A stretch of 64,000 nucleotides of DNA, taken from contig CM059431.1 in NCBI GenBank assembly GCA_030390025.1, positions 111,850,001 through 111,914,000 on the forward strand, written 5' to 3'. The notes beneath the pieces were generated by a model. The model saw nothing but the letters and a program-made list of their open reading frames with translations, made no database searches and was not told the DNA's origin. Shown here one piece after another: positions 24,950-38,300 of this stretch (positions within the stretch are counted from its first letter, which is position 1; the number at the start of each line of letters is the position of its first letter). The position numbers were made by a program, and so were the translations under genes. The DNA is from Squalus acanthias. Lineage: Eukaryota.

Positions 24950-25990
24950 GGTGGTGGTGCTACCGAACCAGTCTTGGTGATGGACATTGAAGTCCCCCAC
25001 CCAGAGTGCATTCTGTGCCCTTGCTACCCTCAGTGAGTCCTCCAAGTAGTGTTCAACATGGAGTACTGATCCATCAGCTGAGGGAGGGCGGTAGGTGGTA
25101 ATCAGCAGCTTTCCTCGCCCATGTTTGACATGAAGCCATGAGATTTCTTGGGGTCTGAAGTCAATATTGAGGACTCCCGGGGCCACTCCCACCCGGCTGT
25201 ATGCCACTGTGTCCCCACCTCTGGTGGGTCTGGCCTGCTGGTGGGACAGGACATACCCAGGGATGGTGATGGAGGAGTCTGGGACATTGGTTGATGGAGG
25301 AGTCTGGGACATTGGTTGATGGAGGAGTCTGGGACATTGGTTGATGGAGGAGTCTGGGACATTGGTTGATGGAGGAGTCTGGGACATTGGTTGATGGAGG
25401 AGTCTGGGACATTGGTTGATGGAGGAGTCTGGGACATTGGTTGATGGAGGAGTCTGGGACATTGGTTGATGGAGGAGTCTGGGACATTGGTTGATGGAGG
25501 AGTCTGGGACATTGGTTGATGGAGGAGTCTGGGACATTGGTTGATGGAGGAGTCTGGGACATTGGTTGATGGAGGAGTCTGGGACATTGGTTGATGGAGG
25601 AGTCTGGGACATTGGTTGATGGAGGAGTCTGGGACATTGGTTGATGGATATGAGTCTGGTCGATGGCTATGAGTCCATGAGTATGACTGTCAGGCTGTTG
25701 CTCGACCAGACTGGGACATCTCTCCTAACTTTGGCACTAGTCCCCAGAAGTTAGTGAGGAAGACTTTGTAGGGTCGATTGAGTTGGGTGTGCAATCGCCA
25801 TGTCCAAATTAGATGCCTAGGTCGTGGACGAGTGGTCTGTCCGGTTTTATTATTCTTATTCTTTGTAGTGGTTTGATACAACTGTGTGGCTTGCTATAGG
25901 CCACTTCAGAAAGTAGTTAAGAGTCAACCATGTTGGTTTGGGATTGAAGTCACATGACCAGGTAAGGATGCCAGTTTTCCTTCCATAGAG
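24950..25990 (-). mobile_element. Non-LTR retrotransposon 5' region with APE endonuclease fragment
   Basis: ITIPGYVLSH..RPTRGG, TYRPPS and WVGDFNVHH in ORF 24845..25612. Confidence 0.9.
25268..25648 (+). repeat. Minisatellite: 15 perfect copies of 25-bp gatggaggagtctgggacattggtt plus a partial copy
   Basis: Direct count; units start every 25 nt from 25268 to 25618. Confidence 0.98.
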
Positions 25991-27619
25991 TGCAGTTGTG
26001 TGTCATGTTGTCATGTCTAAAATGATACACAGCCCCTTCCAACAGTAAATAGTTTGACAAACACTTGTTCTTGAAACACAGCACTCTCTAATGCAAACAG
26101 TTAACTCAAGGGTATTTTACTTAAACCATTGAGGAGGAAGGCCCATTAAAGGGACCTCGCTGTCGGAGTTAACAATGGGTGTCTGCAATATTTGTGATTT
26201 CACGATTTTTTTTTTTTTTTAAACTTGTCCAATGGCATTTTTACAATATAAAAGTGCAACTGACAGTAGACACACTTTTCCAACTCATGGCTGTATCCCG
26301 AAAAACAAACTGCCACGACACCTTGTTCCAGCAGCAGGATCGTGGATCTGGGTGAACGGGCAGATTCCCCCCCCCCCCCGCCGCCCCACTTCTGAAGATC
26401 TCTGATAGGACAGTGGTGCGGTTGGAAATGTAAACCAGAGAGATCGATGCCAGGAGGCCAGTTTAGCACTGCTCTCCTGAAACTGGCACAGCATTGTGAA
26501 AGCACCTCCATGCTCTCGAGCTGTCTGCTACCTTTTTCGTTCATTGATGTCACGGGTGATCCTCCACATAAAGTTGGTCACCAGATACTTCTATTTTGCA
26601 TGTAATATTGTCTAGACTGGTATAATTACAGCTATTGTATGTATTTTTTTACAAAAAAGTTGAATATCATTTAGAAAAAAAGTCATTTGAATCCCTTGAG
26701 CGTCGCTTGTTCTCTCATTCCCTGGGTCACTAACGTCATCATTTTTCTCTCTGCTTTGTCAGGCCCATTAATTAACTACATGTTCGAATGAAGCTCCTTA
26801 TTGTTGTAACGTTTTTTAATCACGCTAAATGGAATTTGAAATACATGTGTACTAAGAAGTGCCATTAATTATAAATGATGGAAGAAAGCAGCTTCAATGG
26901 GTTTCAAAATATCTGTTTGCATGAACCCATTTCTTTGAACACAATGAAATGTAATGTTAAGTCACAGAGTTGATGCCATGCTCTGTCTTCAGTTGTTTAA
27001 AATTGTAGGTTTAAGCCAGAAATTAACCTATAATTTTTAAAATCTTTTATCTGTTGTGTCATGTGCAGAATGTTTTCTGAGCCTCAGGGTTGCCTTGCAG
27101 ATGTTTATAAAGGTGTAGGAAAATGATAGTTTGGGGAGGTCTCTATTTTGCGCAATTGAGCATTTAAGTCTTGTTGATGTCCCTGGGCCTTGGGCTAGAT
27201 GTGTATCTGTTTTGGGTATGTCTGGCTCTACACTCCTTACATCTACATGAAAAGATGGCACTTGGACACGTCTGGAACTTGTTGTCAACCCAGACTGTTT
27301 AAATGCTGTGCATTTTTGTAATTGTCTACACATTTTAATGAGGCTTGTTTTTTTTTCAACCCTCCGTTTCAGGTAATCTATAGACTGATAATGTAGGACA
27401 TATATACTTATGATGTGAACAAACTTTCTTGGCAAGTTTGACATCATTTTCTTTTCCTTAAAAGCCTCTTTCCTGACTTGCTTCTATTAAGTATTACTGA
27501 TTTCTCAGTATCTACGTTTTTTAATTTTATACTTGACCGATTTGAAGTTCTGAACCTTGGCTAGGCCTGATGATAAAACTGGTCCAAACCATTTAACCTC
27601 TTCTAATCAATCGGACTTC

Positions 27620-28430
27620 CTGGCTGGAATTTTCTGAAAGGAGGCGAGTTGGGGGTGGGGGGGGGCCTCCGAGGTGGGCGGGTTTCCCGCAGGCCGTGCC
27701 GACTTTAATGGCAGGGCCTGATTTGAATGCGAGGCCTCGGATTCCCGCCCACAGCCAGATTGAGAGGCTTGGCTGGCTGTGGGCGAGTAGGCCTCAGAAG
27801 CGAGGGCCCGATCCGGGGGAGGGATCGCAGGAGGAGGATCGGCGATCGGGGGGGAGAGAGCATCAGCAGGGGTCGGGGATCGGAGTGGAGAGGGCGGGGG
27901 GAAGAGAGCAGCCGGGGATCGTGGGGTGGGGGAGAGGGGAAGAGAGAATCGTGGCCAGCCTCATCATCATTGTTTGGGGTGGTGGAGGCGGGGTGGGGGG
28001 TTGGAGGGGAAGGCCTGGGAAGGTGATCGGAGGCCTCGTGGGGGCAGGGGGGGGACTCCGATTGCTGGGGGTGGGTATGTTCGGAACCCTGGATCCAGGA
28101 GGTAGGTATAAAGCCACTTAGCTCCTGGATGCAGCAGTCCCCGCCTCGCTTTAACTGCCAGGTTTCACGAATTGTGTGAAACCCGTCCACAGGCAGTTAA
28201 ACACACAACGGACGGGGGAAGAAGAGGCTTCCAGCCTCATTACAATATTTAAATTAAAGTAACGCCCCCTGGAAGAGGGTTGGTCGCTCGCCCCCGTCCC
28301 GCCTCTGGTAAAACCGGAAGTGGGTGGGTTGGAGGCAGGATCAGCTCGGGAATCCCATTTTTAACACTTTAACTGTCCCCAGGCTCCCAACCCACCGTTT
28401 ATTTAGAGGTAGGAGCCGGAATTTTCCCCT
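27620..28430. mobile_element. GC/G-rich repeat, probably of the same TIR element class
   Basis: Starts ggctggaattttc like the other elements; strongly G-skewed interior; no credible protein. Confidence 0.45.
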
Positions 28431-28835
28431 AATTGTGGCAATCACAACAAAGTATGTACCATTTACGTAGATAACCTATACCCTTTGCTCAACAACACAC
28501 ACACAGTAACCTAAATGTTCTGAGTCTGTGCTGATGGTGTAGCACCTTGCCTGTTGCCAGTGTGTATCATAAAATTGCAGGCACATTAATGCCCACGATT
28601 TTCCACCCATTGAATTTCCATGGATGGAATATCGTGAGGAGCATGTCTGCAATTTTCCAGTACGCACTGATGGTAGCTGGAGTACCTTGTTGTCGGTGCG
28701 GATTCCGAAGATGTGCAATCCTCTCCAGAACTCAGTACTTACAGATCTACATTACCTGAGGTTTCCCTGGTGGTTATGTGGGACTTTGGTACCAGATGAT
28801 TCCAGACTTTTACATACGGAAAAAATGATGAAAGT

Positions 28836-29780
28836 TTCACTAGATTGATCCCTGGGATGACCGGGTTGTCCTACGATGAGAGATTGAGCAGATTGGGCTT
28901 ATACTCTCTGGAGTTTAGAAGAATGAGAGGTGATCTCATTGAAACATATAAGATTCTGAGGGGGATTGACAGGGTAGATGCTGAGAGATTGTTTCCCCTG
29001 GTTGGAGAGTCTAGAACTAGGGGGCATAGTGTCAGGATAAGGGGTCGGCCATTTAAGACCGAGATGAGGAGGAATTTCTTCACTCCGAGGGATGTGAATC
29101 TTTGGAATTCTCTACCCTAAAGGGCTGTGGATGCTCAGTCATTGAGTATATTCAACAACAACAACAACAACTTGTATTTATATAGCGCCTTTAATGTAGT
29201 AAAACGTTCCAAGGCGCTGCACAGGAGTATTGAAAGACAAATAAATTTGACACCGATCCACATAAGGATAAATTAGGGCAGATGACCAAAAGCTTGGTCA
29301 AAGAGGTAGGTTTTAAGGAGCGTCTTAAAGGGGGAAAGAGAGGTAGCGAGGCGGAGAGGTTTAGGCAGAGAATTCCAGAGCTTAGGGCCAAGGCAACAGA
29401 AGTCATGGCCACCAATGGTTGAGCGATTATAATCAGGGATGCTCAAGAGGGCAGAATTAGAGGAGCGCAGATATCTCGGGGTGGGAGAGGGTTGTGGGCC
29501 TGAAGGAGATTACAGAGATAGGGAGGGGCGAGGCCATGGAGGGATTTGAAAACAAGGATGAGAATTTTGAAAGCGAGGCGCTGCTTAACCAGGAGCCAAT
29601 GTAGATCAGCGAGCACAGGAGATGGGCGAACGGGACTGAGGTATTCAAGGCTGAGATAGATAGATTTTTGGATTCTAGGGGAATCAAGGGATATGGTGAT
29701 CGGGCAGGCAAGTGGAGTTGAGGTCGAAGATCAGCCGTATGGCCTACTCCTGCTCCTAATTCTTACATTCTTATGTTTGG
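28836..29780 (+). mobile_element. CR1 3' fragment interrupted by an antisense L2 3' fragment (29156-29641)
   Basis: CR1 text resumes exactly after the L2; TSD tattcaa at 29149-29155 and 29642-29648. Confidence 0.92.
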
Positions 29781-30914
29781 AATTTGTGGACATGATTTGT
29801 TGTGAGTTTCAGATTTTCTTTTCTTCTCTTGTGCTGGGACATTTTTCTGCATTAAGGACACTTGGACGAATGCAAGTTGTTTTTACTTTGATATGCTGGT
29901 TGCGTTTCACAACAGGGGTTGTCACTTTCTTACTTGCGTTTTAGTGAAGTCAACACCGTTAACGCCATTGTTAATTCAGAAGCTCTACACAAAGCTGCGT
30001 TGGCTGCATTTATACCAGTGTGTGGAAATGAGGTGCAGAGAAATCTTACTGTATCAGAGGAGACCTGAAAATAATGGAATACTCTGTTATGATTTGGGTT
30101 TCTACGCAATACTTTTTATTCATATTTATTGCAAATGGCTGCTTCCAGAGGCAAGCCTGCACTTCTTATGAACTGAGACTTTGCCTTGTGTGAATTATCT
30201 GAAATAGAACCGCCACAGTTCTGTGCACTCTGTGCAGTTTTGGTCTCCTGACCTAAGAAAGGATATACTCGCCATAGAGGGAGTGCAGCATAGGTTCACC
30301 AGACTGATTCCTGGGATGGCAGGACTGTCGTATGAGGAGAGATTGGGTCGACTAGGCCTGTATTCACTAGAGTTTAGAAGAATGAGAGGGGATCTCATTG
30401 AAACGTATAAAATTCTGACAGGGCTAGACAGACTGGATGCAGGGAGGATGTTTCCCCTGGCTGGGGGGGTCTAGAACGAGGGGTCACAGTCTGAGGATAC
30501 GGGGTAGGACATTTAGGACTGAGATGAGGAGAAATTTCTTCACGCAGAGGGTGGTGAACCTGTGGAATTCTCTACCACAGAAGGCTGTGGAGGCCAAGTC
30601 ACTGAATATATTTAAGAAGGAGATAGATAGATTTCCAGACACAAAAGGCATCAAGGGATATGAGGAAAGAGCGGGAGTATGGTATTGAGATAGAGGATCA
30701 GCCATGATATTGAATGGCGGAGCAGGCTCGAATGGCCTACTCCTGCCCCTATTTTTCTATGTTTCACAGGACAAACAATAAATTCTTCTGCTATTGGTTT
30801 ATGTGCCTGCAATATTTTGGCCTACCCATCATCTGCTTCAGATCTCTCTCAATTAGTGGAACACAGAACACTGAAAGCCTATGCAGCTCAGACTAAAAAT
30901 ATTCATTAATTCAT

Positions 30915-31385
30915 TACAGCAACAGCTTGTATTTATATAGCACCTTTAACGTAGTAAAATGTCCCAAGACCCTTCACAGGAGCGCTATCAGACAAAAGTT
31001 GACACCGATCCACATAGCGATATTAGAACGGGTAGGTTTTAAGAAGCGTCTTCAAGGAGGATGGAGAGGTTGAGGGAGGGAATTCCAGAGCTTAAGGCCA
31101 AGGCAGGTGAAGGCACAGCCGCCAATGGTGGAGCGATGATAATCGGGGATGCGCAAGAGGCCAGAATTGGAGGAATGCAGAGATTTCAGAGGGTTGTCAG
31201 GCTGTAGGAAGTTACAAATATAGGGAGGGGTGAGGCCACAGAGGGATTTGACCACAAAGGTGAGAATTTTAAAATCGAGGTGTTGCCGGACCAGAGCCAA
31301 TGTAGGTCAGTGAGCACGGGGGAGATGGGTGAACGGGACTTGGTGCGAATTAGGCTACGGGCAGCAGAATTTTGGAGGAGCTCAA
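30915..31385 (-). mobile_element. L2 3' fragment; further L2 3' ends at ~32485-32925 (-), ~33515-34012 (+), ~45240-45560 (+), ~48460-49085 (+)
   Basis: FKIL..V.KSL.GL.PPY..LWNSLP motifs and ggcgctatataaatacaag-type tail. Confidence 0.9.
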
Positions 31386-31879
31386 TAAGAAATGTTATTT
31401 TACAGAAGTAAGATTAAATTAGCAGATTTAAAACTTATTTTTCTCAAACTCGTACCTCTAGTAAGAGCATGCTCCTTTCCAAATAGACAGTCGATGCTGA
31501 CAAGAGATTTGAGGCGTATTTCTATTTAAAACAAAAGCAGAAACCATTCGGAGGAAGGGTTTATAGCTGAAATGTCAACTGACTCATGTTTTCTCGACAG
31601 ATGCTGCCAGACCTGAGCGCCTCGAGCATTTTCTGTTTTGCTTTCAGATTAACAGCATCTTCCATTTTGTTCATCTTTAACCTTTATGGAACAATTCTGG
31701 AGCAACTGCAGGCGCAGTAGACTAAGTAGAGGCAATTAACAGCCTGGCAAACCCTGTTAACTGTATTTATCACGTGGGTGGGTTTTTACACCTTTTATTA
31801 TTGATTGAGCCGTACTGTTAGCGCGTGAATACATATGCGTCTGATAGGAAACTACAAAATAACCCATCTCTCTCTTAGG

Positions 31880-32262
31880 CATTCTTAGGCAGTCCCTCGG
31901 AACCGAGGATGACTTGCTTCCACATTAAAAATGAGTTCTCAGCTGACTGATGAGTCCAATGCGGGACCTACAGTCTCTGTCACAGGTGGGGCAGACGGTG
32001 GTTGAAGGGGCGGGTGGGTGGGGTGCTTGGGTTGACGTGCGCTCCTTGTGCTGCTTGCACTTGGCTTCCACTTGCTCCCAGCGAAGAGACTCGAGGTGTT
32101 CGGCGCCTTCCCGGATGCTTCTCCTCCACTTTGTGCGATCTTGGGCCAGGGATTCCCAGGTGTCAGTGGGGATGTTGCACTTTTTCAAGGAGACTTTGAG
32201 GGTGTCCTTGAAGCGTTTCCTCTGCCCACCTGGGGCTCTCTTGCTGTGCCGGAGCTCCGAGT
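31880..32262 (-). mobile_element. RTE-clade LINE 3' fragment
   Basis: KRFKDTLK..WESLAQDRTKWR..CPTCDRDCRSRIGL.S..RTH, a C-terminus typical of RTE ORF2. Confidence 0.88.
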
Positions 32263-34529
32263 AGATCTATTGTTCTGTAAAGGATCTATAATTTGATTAG
32301 CTATAGTTCAAAGAGCACTCTGACAATCCAAAGTTTTCACAGCCATGTGAGAATTCCTGATGTCATTTAACATTGTGTTGGGTTTTAGGCCGAGTGGTAT
32401 GTTGTTCAAACGCATTCAGAAAGACGGTACCAAACCCTTTCAGCTGACCACTTGCAGAAACCAAGTTAGATTGCCTGTTTTGGACACAACAACAACAACT
32501 TGTATTTATATAGCGCCTTTTAACATAGTAAAACGGCTCAAGGCACTGCACAGGAGTATTTTAAGACAAAATTTGACACTGATCCACATAAGGATAAATT
32601 AGGGCAGATGACCGAAAGCTTGGTCAGAGGTAGGTTTTAAGGTGCGTCTTAAAGGAGGAAAGAGAGGTAGCGAGGCGGAGAGGTTTAGGCAGGGAATTCC
32701 AGAGCTTAGGGCCTCAGCAACAGAAGGCACGGCCACCAAAGGTTGAGCGATTATAATCACTGATGCTCAAGAGGGCAGAATTAGAGGAGCGCAGATATCT
32801 CGGGGTTGTGGGATTGGAGGAGATTACAGAGATAGGGAGGGGGGAGGCCATGGAGGGATTTGAAAACGAGGATCAGAGTTTTGAAATCGAGGCGCTGCTT
32901 AACCGGGAGCCAATGGAGGTCAGAGTATGTTTGTCGTGTACTGTAAAAGCTGAGTCTCTGAAATGATTGATAATCAACTGCGACTGTTTTGCACGGCACA
33001 CTATACGTACTCAAATATAATCCCCTCCCGCCCTCCGGTTTTCAGGCAAAAGAATTTACATAAGATAAAATGTAGAATTTCTTATTCATTGAAATGGATT
33101 GTGGTTCTGAGCCGTGCACATGTCATGTGATACTTGGGATATGCAGTGGGAAAGTGAGGGGGCATGGCATATTTTTGGGTTGAGGTAACCCTCATAAGTA
33201 ACGAATAAATGAACAGAATTGCTGAATGTGATCCCCAGAGCGTTAATCACAAGTCCTGTGATTGCATGCTCTAAAACTTAATTCAATTTATTCAGTCATC
33301 ACAAACCACTGGTCCTGCTCGGAAGATACAAGGGTAAGTGGCTGATTGGAATCTTGCGCCTGAATGGATAAACTCAGTGACTGCGCAGTTACTATCAACT
33401 GTGTTAGCAAAATAATCTGCTCCTGTCCAAAAATGGCGTTTTCTCTTGCTCCCCTGAATTTAAAAAAAAATGTCACTGCTGTGATGTCTCAGACATTTAC
33501 ATGTTGATCATCTTTCCCGTGTCCTAACTCGCACCAAGTTCCGTTCGCCCATCACCCCTGTGCTCGCTGACCGACATTGGCTCCCGGTTAAGCAGCGCCT
33601 CGCTTTCAAAATTCTCATCCTTGTTTTCAAATCCCTCCATGGCCTCCCCCCTCCCTATCTCTGTAATCTCCTTTAGCCCACAACCCCCCGCCCACCCGAG
33701 ATATCTGCGCTCCTCTAATTCTGCCCTCTTGAGCATCCCTGATTATAATCGCTCACCATTGGTGGCCGAGCCTTCTGTTGCCTAGGCCCGAAGCTCTGGA
33801 ATTCTCTGCCTAAACCTCTCCGCCTCGCTACCTCTCTTTCCTCCTTTAAGACGCTCCTTAAAACCTACCTCTTTGACCAAGCTTTTGGTCATCTGCCCTA
33901 ATTTATCCTTATGTGGATCGGTGTCAAATCTTTTGTCTTATCAATACTCCTGTGCAGCGCCTTGGGACGTTTTACTACATTAAAGGCGCTATATAAATAC
34001 AAGTTGTTGTTGTGTGCTGCTGGTCTGGTGGGCTCTCTTGGTAAATATTCTTCAGTCAGTAGAGGCGGGGGTGGGGGTTTGAAGAATTGATTTCTGGATG
34101 TCCCAACTATTTTCTGCAAAGCCGAGCTGGAGCTTTGACTCATGAGGGATGGTGTAGTCATTACTGCTGGCAGAGCACCGTGACCTGGTTAGACCAGCCA
34201 AATCTGGCACCAATGGGCGAAAGGAGGTAGGGAAATTGGTAGCTCTGCCGTGCTTGTAGACCAACCGAGGCACACTAGGTCCTCCCAGTACTAAGAGGAC
34301 AGGGAGGAGGTGAGGGGAAAATACATGGTAGTTTTAAAGGAAAGTTGAATTTGAGTTGGAGATGATAGCCATCCTGTCACCTAGGCCATTGCAGAACTGA
34401 GAATTTGATCAGAAGGCATTTTGACAGCTTCCACTAAAGAGGACACTTCAGAGTAGTTACAACTTTAACGGTAAATTTCAGAGTCATAATTAGTGTCCTG
34501 TAACAGGACCTACTATGTTAAAAGATAAG

Positions 34530-35343
34530 GGGCACGATCTTGCCAGCCCTGGGGAGGCGGGTATGGAGGCGGGACTGCCGGGAAAATGGCAGAATCTGGG
34601 GGCGGGTGCCCATCCCGCCCCCAACCCGCCTCCGTGCCATCTTGCCAGGAGGCGGGTAGCCGACCTGCGCCGGGTCCCGTCTCCTTGGAGGCGAGAAGGG
34701 GATTACAGCCACTTATCTGCCTGTTAACAGGTAGTTAACAGGCAGGTAAGAGGATTATCCTCATTTTGCCCACACAAGTGCGGGCTTCCCAAAGGCTCCG
34801 AACCCCGCCAGGGTCACCGAGGCGAGCAGTGGGTCTGCGGGGGTCAGAGGGGTGCAAAAGTGCGCTGTGAAGGTGAGTATGTGAGGTAAGTGGAAAGTGT
34901 TAGTAAAAGATTACTTACCTTTGTTTCTTCCTGCAGGCTTCAATCGGTGGGGATGCGGAGAGTCTCGCACCTCCGCGGCAGAGATGACAGATGGCCGTTG
35001 CATTCTCCGATGCAGCAACCATCTAATTTCTGCAAAATAAAGAGGTTTGATGAGGTCTTGAATTCAAGAACTCATCAAACTACAGAGAATGTCAGTGTTT
35101 GACAGATTCACAGAGCTGTCAAACGATGACAATTCATCTGTCAAAAATGTTTGACAGATGAAACGTCATACGTTGACATTCTCTGTAACCGGCTTCCCCT
35201 TAATTGGCCCGCTAAGCCTGCTGGGCAGGCTTAACAAGGTCAATCAAGGGAAAATAGCGTGGGTTGGCCAGAAGTTGATGGAGGCGGGACTGAAACCCGA
35301 CAAGTGGGAGTCCCGCCTCCAAAGCATTGGCAAAATCCAGCCC
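34530..35343. mobile_element. Putative non-autonomous TIR element; sister copy at 38857-39697
   Basis: Termini gggcacgatcttgcca / tggcaaaatccagccc with subterminal ggaggcggg / cccgcctcc; both copies share ccctaattggcc..gggc..ttaacaagg..caatc. Confidence 0.65.
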
Positions 35344-38300
35344 ATGGTGTTCAACTAAAGTAATTAAGGGTTATTTGATCATATTCCTGAGGGAACCCTC
35401 ATCTTTCAGGGTTTCTAGATGTTTAGTATGAGAAAATAAACATGGTATTTTTTTAGTGAGTCATTTTCATTCAGTCTCTTTGTGTAACCTGCACTTACAA
35501 AGGTCCTATTTGCGCATACGCTCGACACATAATGATGTCACTACTGACATAGCCAAGACAGCAAGAGACAGATTATATCTACTGTGACTTTCATGTGGTA
35601 TATCAAGGCAGCCTGCATTAGGATCTTCTTCTAAGATCTGAACTGTCAGCATCTTTGTCCACGTGATTTTGTGGAAGGAAAGTTCTGACTTGCCTCTTTT
35701 TGCATTTTGAGTGAAATAGATAATTTGATTGTAGTCAGCCGTAGCCAAATAGAAAATGTGACTGGTGGAAAACTGCTGGATGGGATGAGACAAAGTATTG
35801 TTTGTTTTGTGTGGATGAGAAGCGAAGCAATAATTTGGACGAGATGTGCTGTAAAAACTGCAGCTGGGTTTCTGCTGAAATGACTCATAACCACCTGCTG
35901 TGACCCTTGTACAGTATACTCTGTGTACTCGGGTACACAGCGATCCACATATAAAACCGCTTATTTGCAACCTCCCTCGCCCCCAACCTTTCAGCCAATG
36001 CCAGAAAACTCTTTCATAGAATGATACAGCACAGAAGGAGGAGGCTGTTAGGCCCATTGTGCCTGTGCTGGCTCTTTGGTAGAGCTATCCAATTAATCCC
36101 AGTCCCCCTTGACCCATAAGTGAGATGAGTATCACTGGCTGGCCAAGTTTACCTGCAATTCCCTTGTAGTTTGCAATTCTGGGAGGTTAGCTGCAAGATC
36201 AGCTGTACCATTACCATGGGGACTGTTCCATTGACAATCACAGCTCTATCACACTTCTGCCTGATGGTGGGGCCTGGGCAGATTGGATTCTACCTGACTA
36301 TGGAGTGGTGGGATGGGTGGGTGGGTGGGTGGGGGTTGGGTCAGGTACTGTTTGATGGCAAATTCTGCTTAATGGTGTGGTCAAGTCAAATTCTGGTTGA
36401 CTATGGGGGTCAGGTTGGGCCCTGCATGTCACTGGGTTAGCTGAAAGAGTCAGGTCTGTGTACCGGTACAGCAACATCTACCACATTGACTTGTGGGGGA
36501 TTCCTCTCCCCTACTTTCAGCCCCAAACAGAAATTACTAGACTCATTTGCGAGTATATGTAGTATATTTAAATTACCAACTTGCCCTGTCTGCTGTGCTG
36601 GCAAGAACTGTGATCAAAACTGCAAAAGTTACCCTTCAAACTGGTGCAAGGACCTCCGGTCTCTGGTGCTGCAGATAAACATTGATTTACCTTTGCTGCA
36701 AAGTGAGTGTGAGGTGGAGATATTGTTGAAGATGATCGGCCCCAAGCGCTGGAAAATCTATGGCTGACATTCCAGTGCAGTGCTGAGGGAGTGCTGCACT
36801 GTCGGAGGTGCCGTCTTTCAGATGAGACGTTAAATATGTAGGGTTATGGGGATAGGATGGGATATGTTAGGGGGAATTAAATACGTGTGTACTGTGGGGA
36901 TTAAAGCAGGGACAGGGTACTGGATTTGGATGATCAGCCATGATCATATTGAATGGTGGAGCAGGCTCGACGGGCCGACTGGCCTACTCCTGCTCCTAGA
37001 TTCTATGTTTCTATGTTTCTAAACCGAGGCCCCGCCTGCTCTCTCAGGTGAACGTAAAAGATCCCATGGCACTATTTTGAAGAAGATTAGGGGAGTTATC
37101 CCTGGTGTCCTGGCCAATATTTGTCCCTCAACCGACATCACTAAAAAACAGATTATCTGGTCATTATTACATTGCTGTTTGTGGGACCTTGCTGTGCACA
37201 AATTGGCTGCCGCGTTTCCCACATTACAACAGTGGCTACACTTCAAAAAGTACTTCATTGGCTGTAAAGCACTTTGGGACGTCCTGAGGTTGTGAAAGGC
37301 GCTATAGAAATGTAAGTCTTTCTCTCTCTCTCCCTTTAAGACACTCCTTTAAAACCTACCTCTTTATCCAAGCTTCTGGTCATCTGTCCTAATATCTCCT
37401 CCTGTGGCAAGGTGTCGGATTTTATCTGATAACGCTCATGTGAAGCGCCTTGGGACGTTTTACTCCGTGCTATATAAAATCCAAGTTGTTCTTGTGTTGC
37501 AGGAGCTTTCTTGGTAGTCACTCTTTTTACATCCAGCTCCTGTTTTTATTTGCAGTCCTCAGGGGATTGAGAAGAATATCAAGCATAAGACTATCCGCCA
37601 AGGCTGATTGCCCTTGGCAGATGAATGAAACATTTGTCAGAAGATGAAGCTGACGAAGTGGGGTATGCACAGTAGCAGAGGGTACAGGAAACCCCTCTAC
37701 CGAGCTTGCAATGGATCGGAGGGACTTTCTGAGAGGTGACCGGATACAGGAGCCTAGAGTGAGGATCTTGGATCCTTGCATCAGTAAACTAGACTTTGTA
37801 ATTTGGGATTAGATCTGATTAGAATCCACTCAGTCTGCAGACCCATCTTGAGGGTGCCTTCAGGAGAAAAGGAGAGAGGGGCAAAAAAAATGTGAAAATT
37901 GTTGTCCTGTTAATTTTGCAAATATTAATGCCAGTAAAATGACCAGAATGTTGAGAGTAAATATGCCTCTGGTTTTAATTAGTATACATGTATGAACGTG
38001 AACGATGCAAAGATGTCCCTTTTTAATTCAGCCTTGTGTTTGTACTTAAGGCAATAGAAGGAATTTGATCTTCTGAATATTCTTTTAAATTTGTTTATGG
38101 GATGTGGGCGTCGCTGGCAAGGCCGGCATTTATTGTCCATCCCTAGTTGCCCTTGAGAAGGTGGTGGTGAGCCGCCGCCTGGAACCGCTGCAGTCCGTGT
38201 GGTGAAGGTACTCCCACAGTGCTGTTTGGGAATTGTGGGAACTAGTTGTGTGAAATTAATTAACTGTGACTGAAGAAGTGCAAGGGAGTTATAAAGTGGA

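Noticed and set aside
25102..25637. Three overlapping repetitive ORFs, or a CRISPR-like array
   Set aside because: Head-to-tail identical 25-mers with no spacers; the ORFs arise from a stop-free unit inside a LINE fragment.
27696..28190. Pro/Gly-rich ORFs on both strands
   Set aside because: Low-complexity G-rich repeat interior with no domain or splice support.
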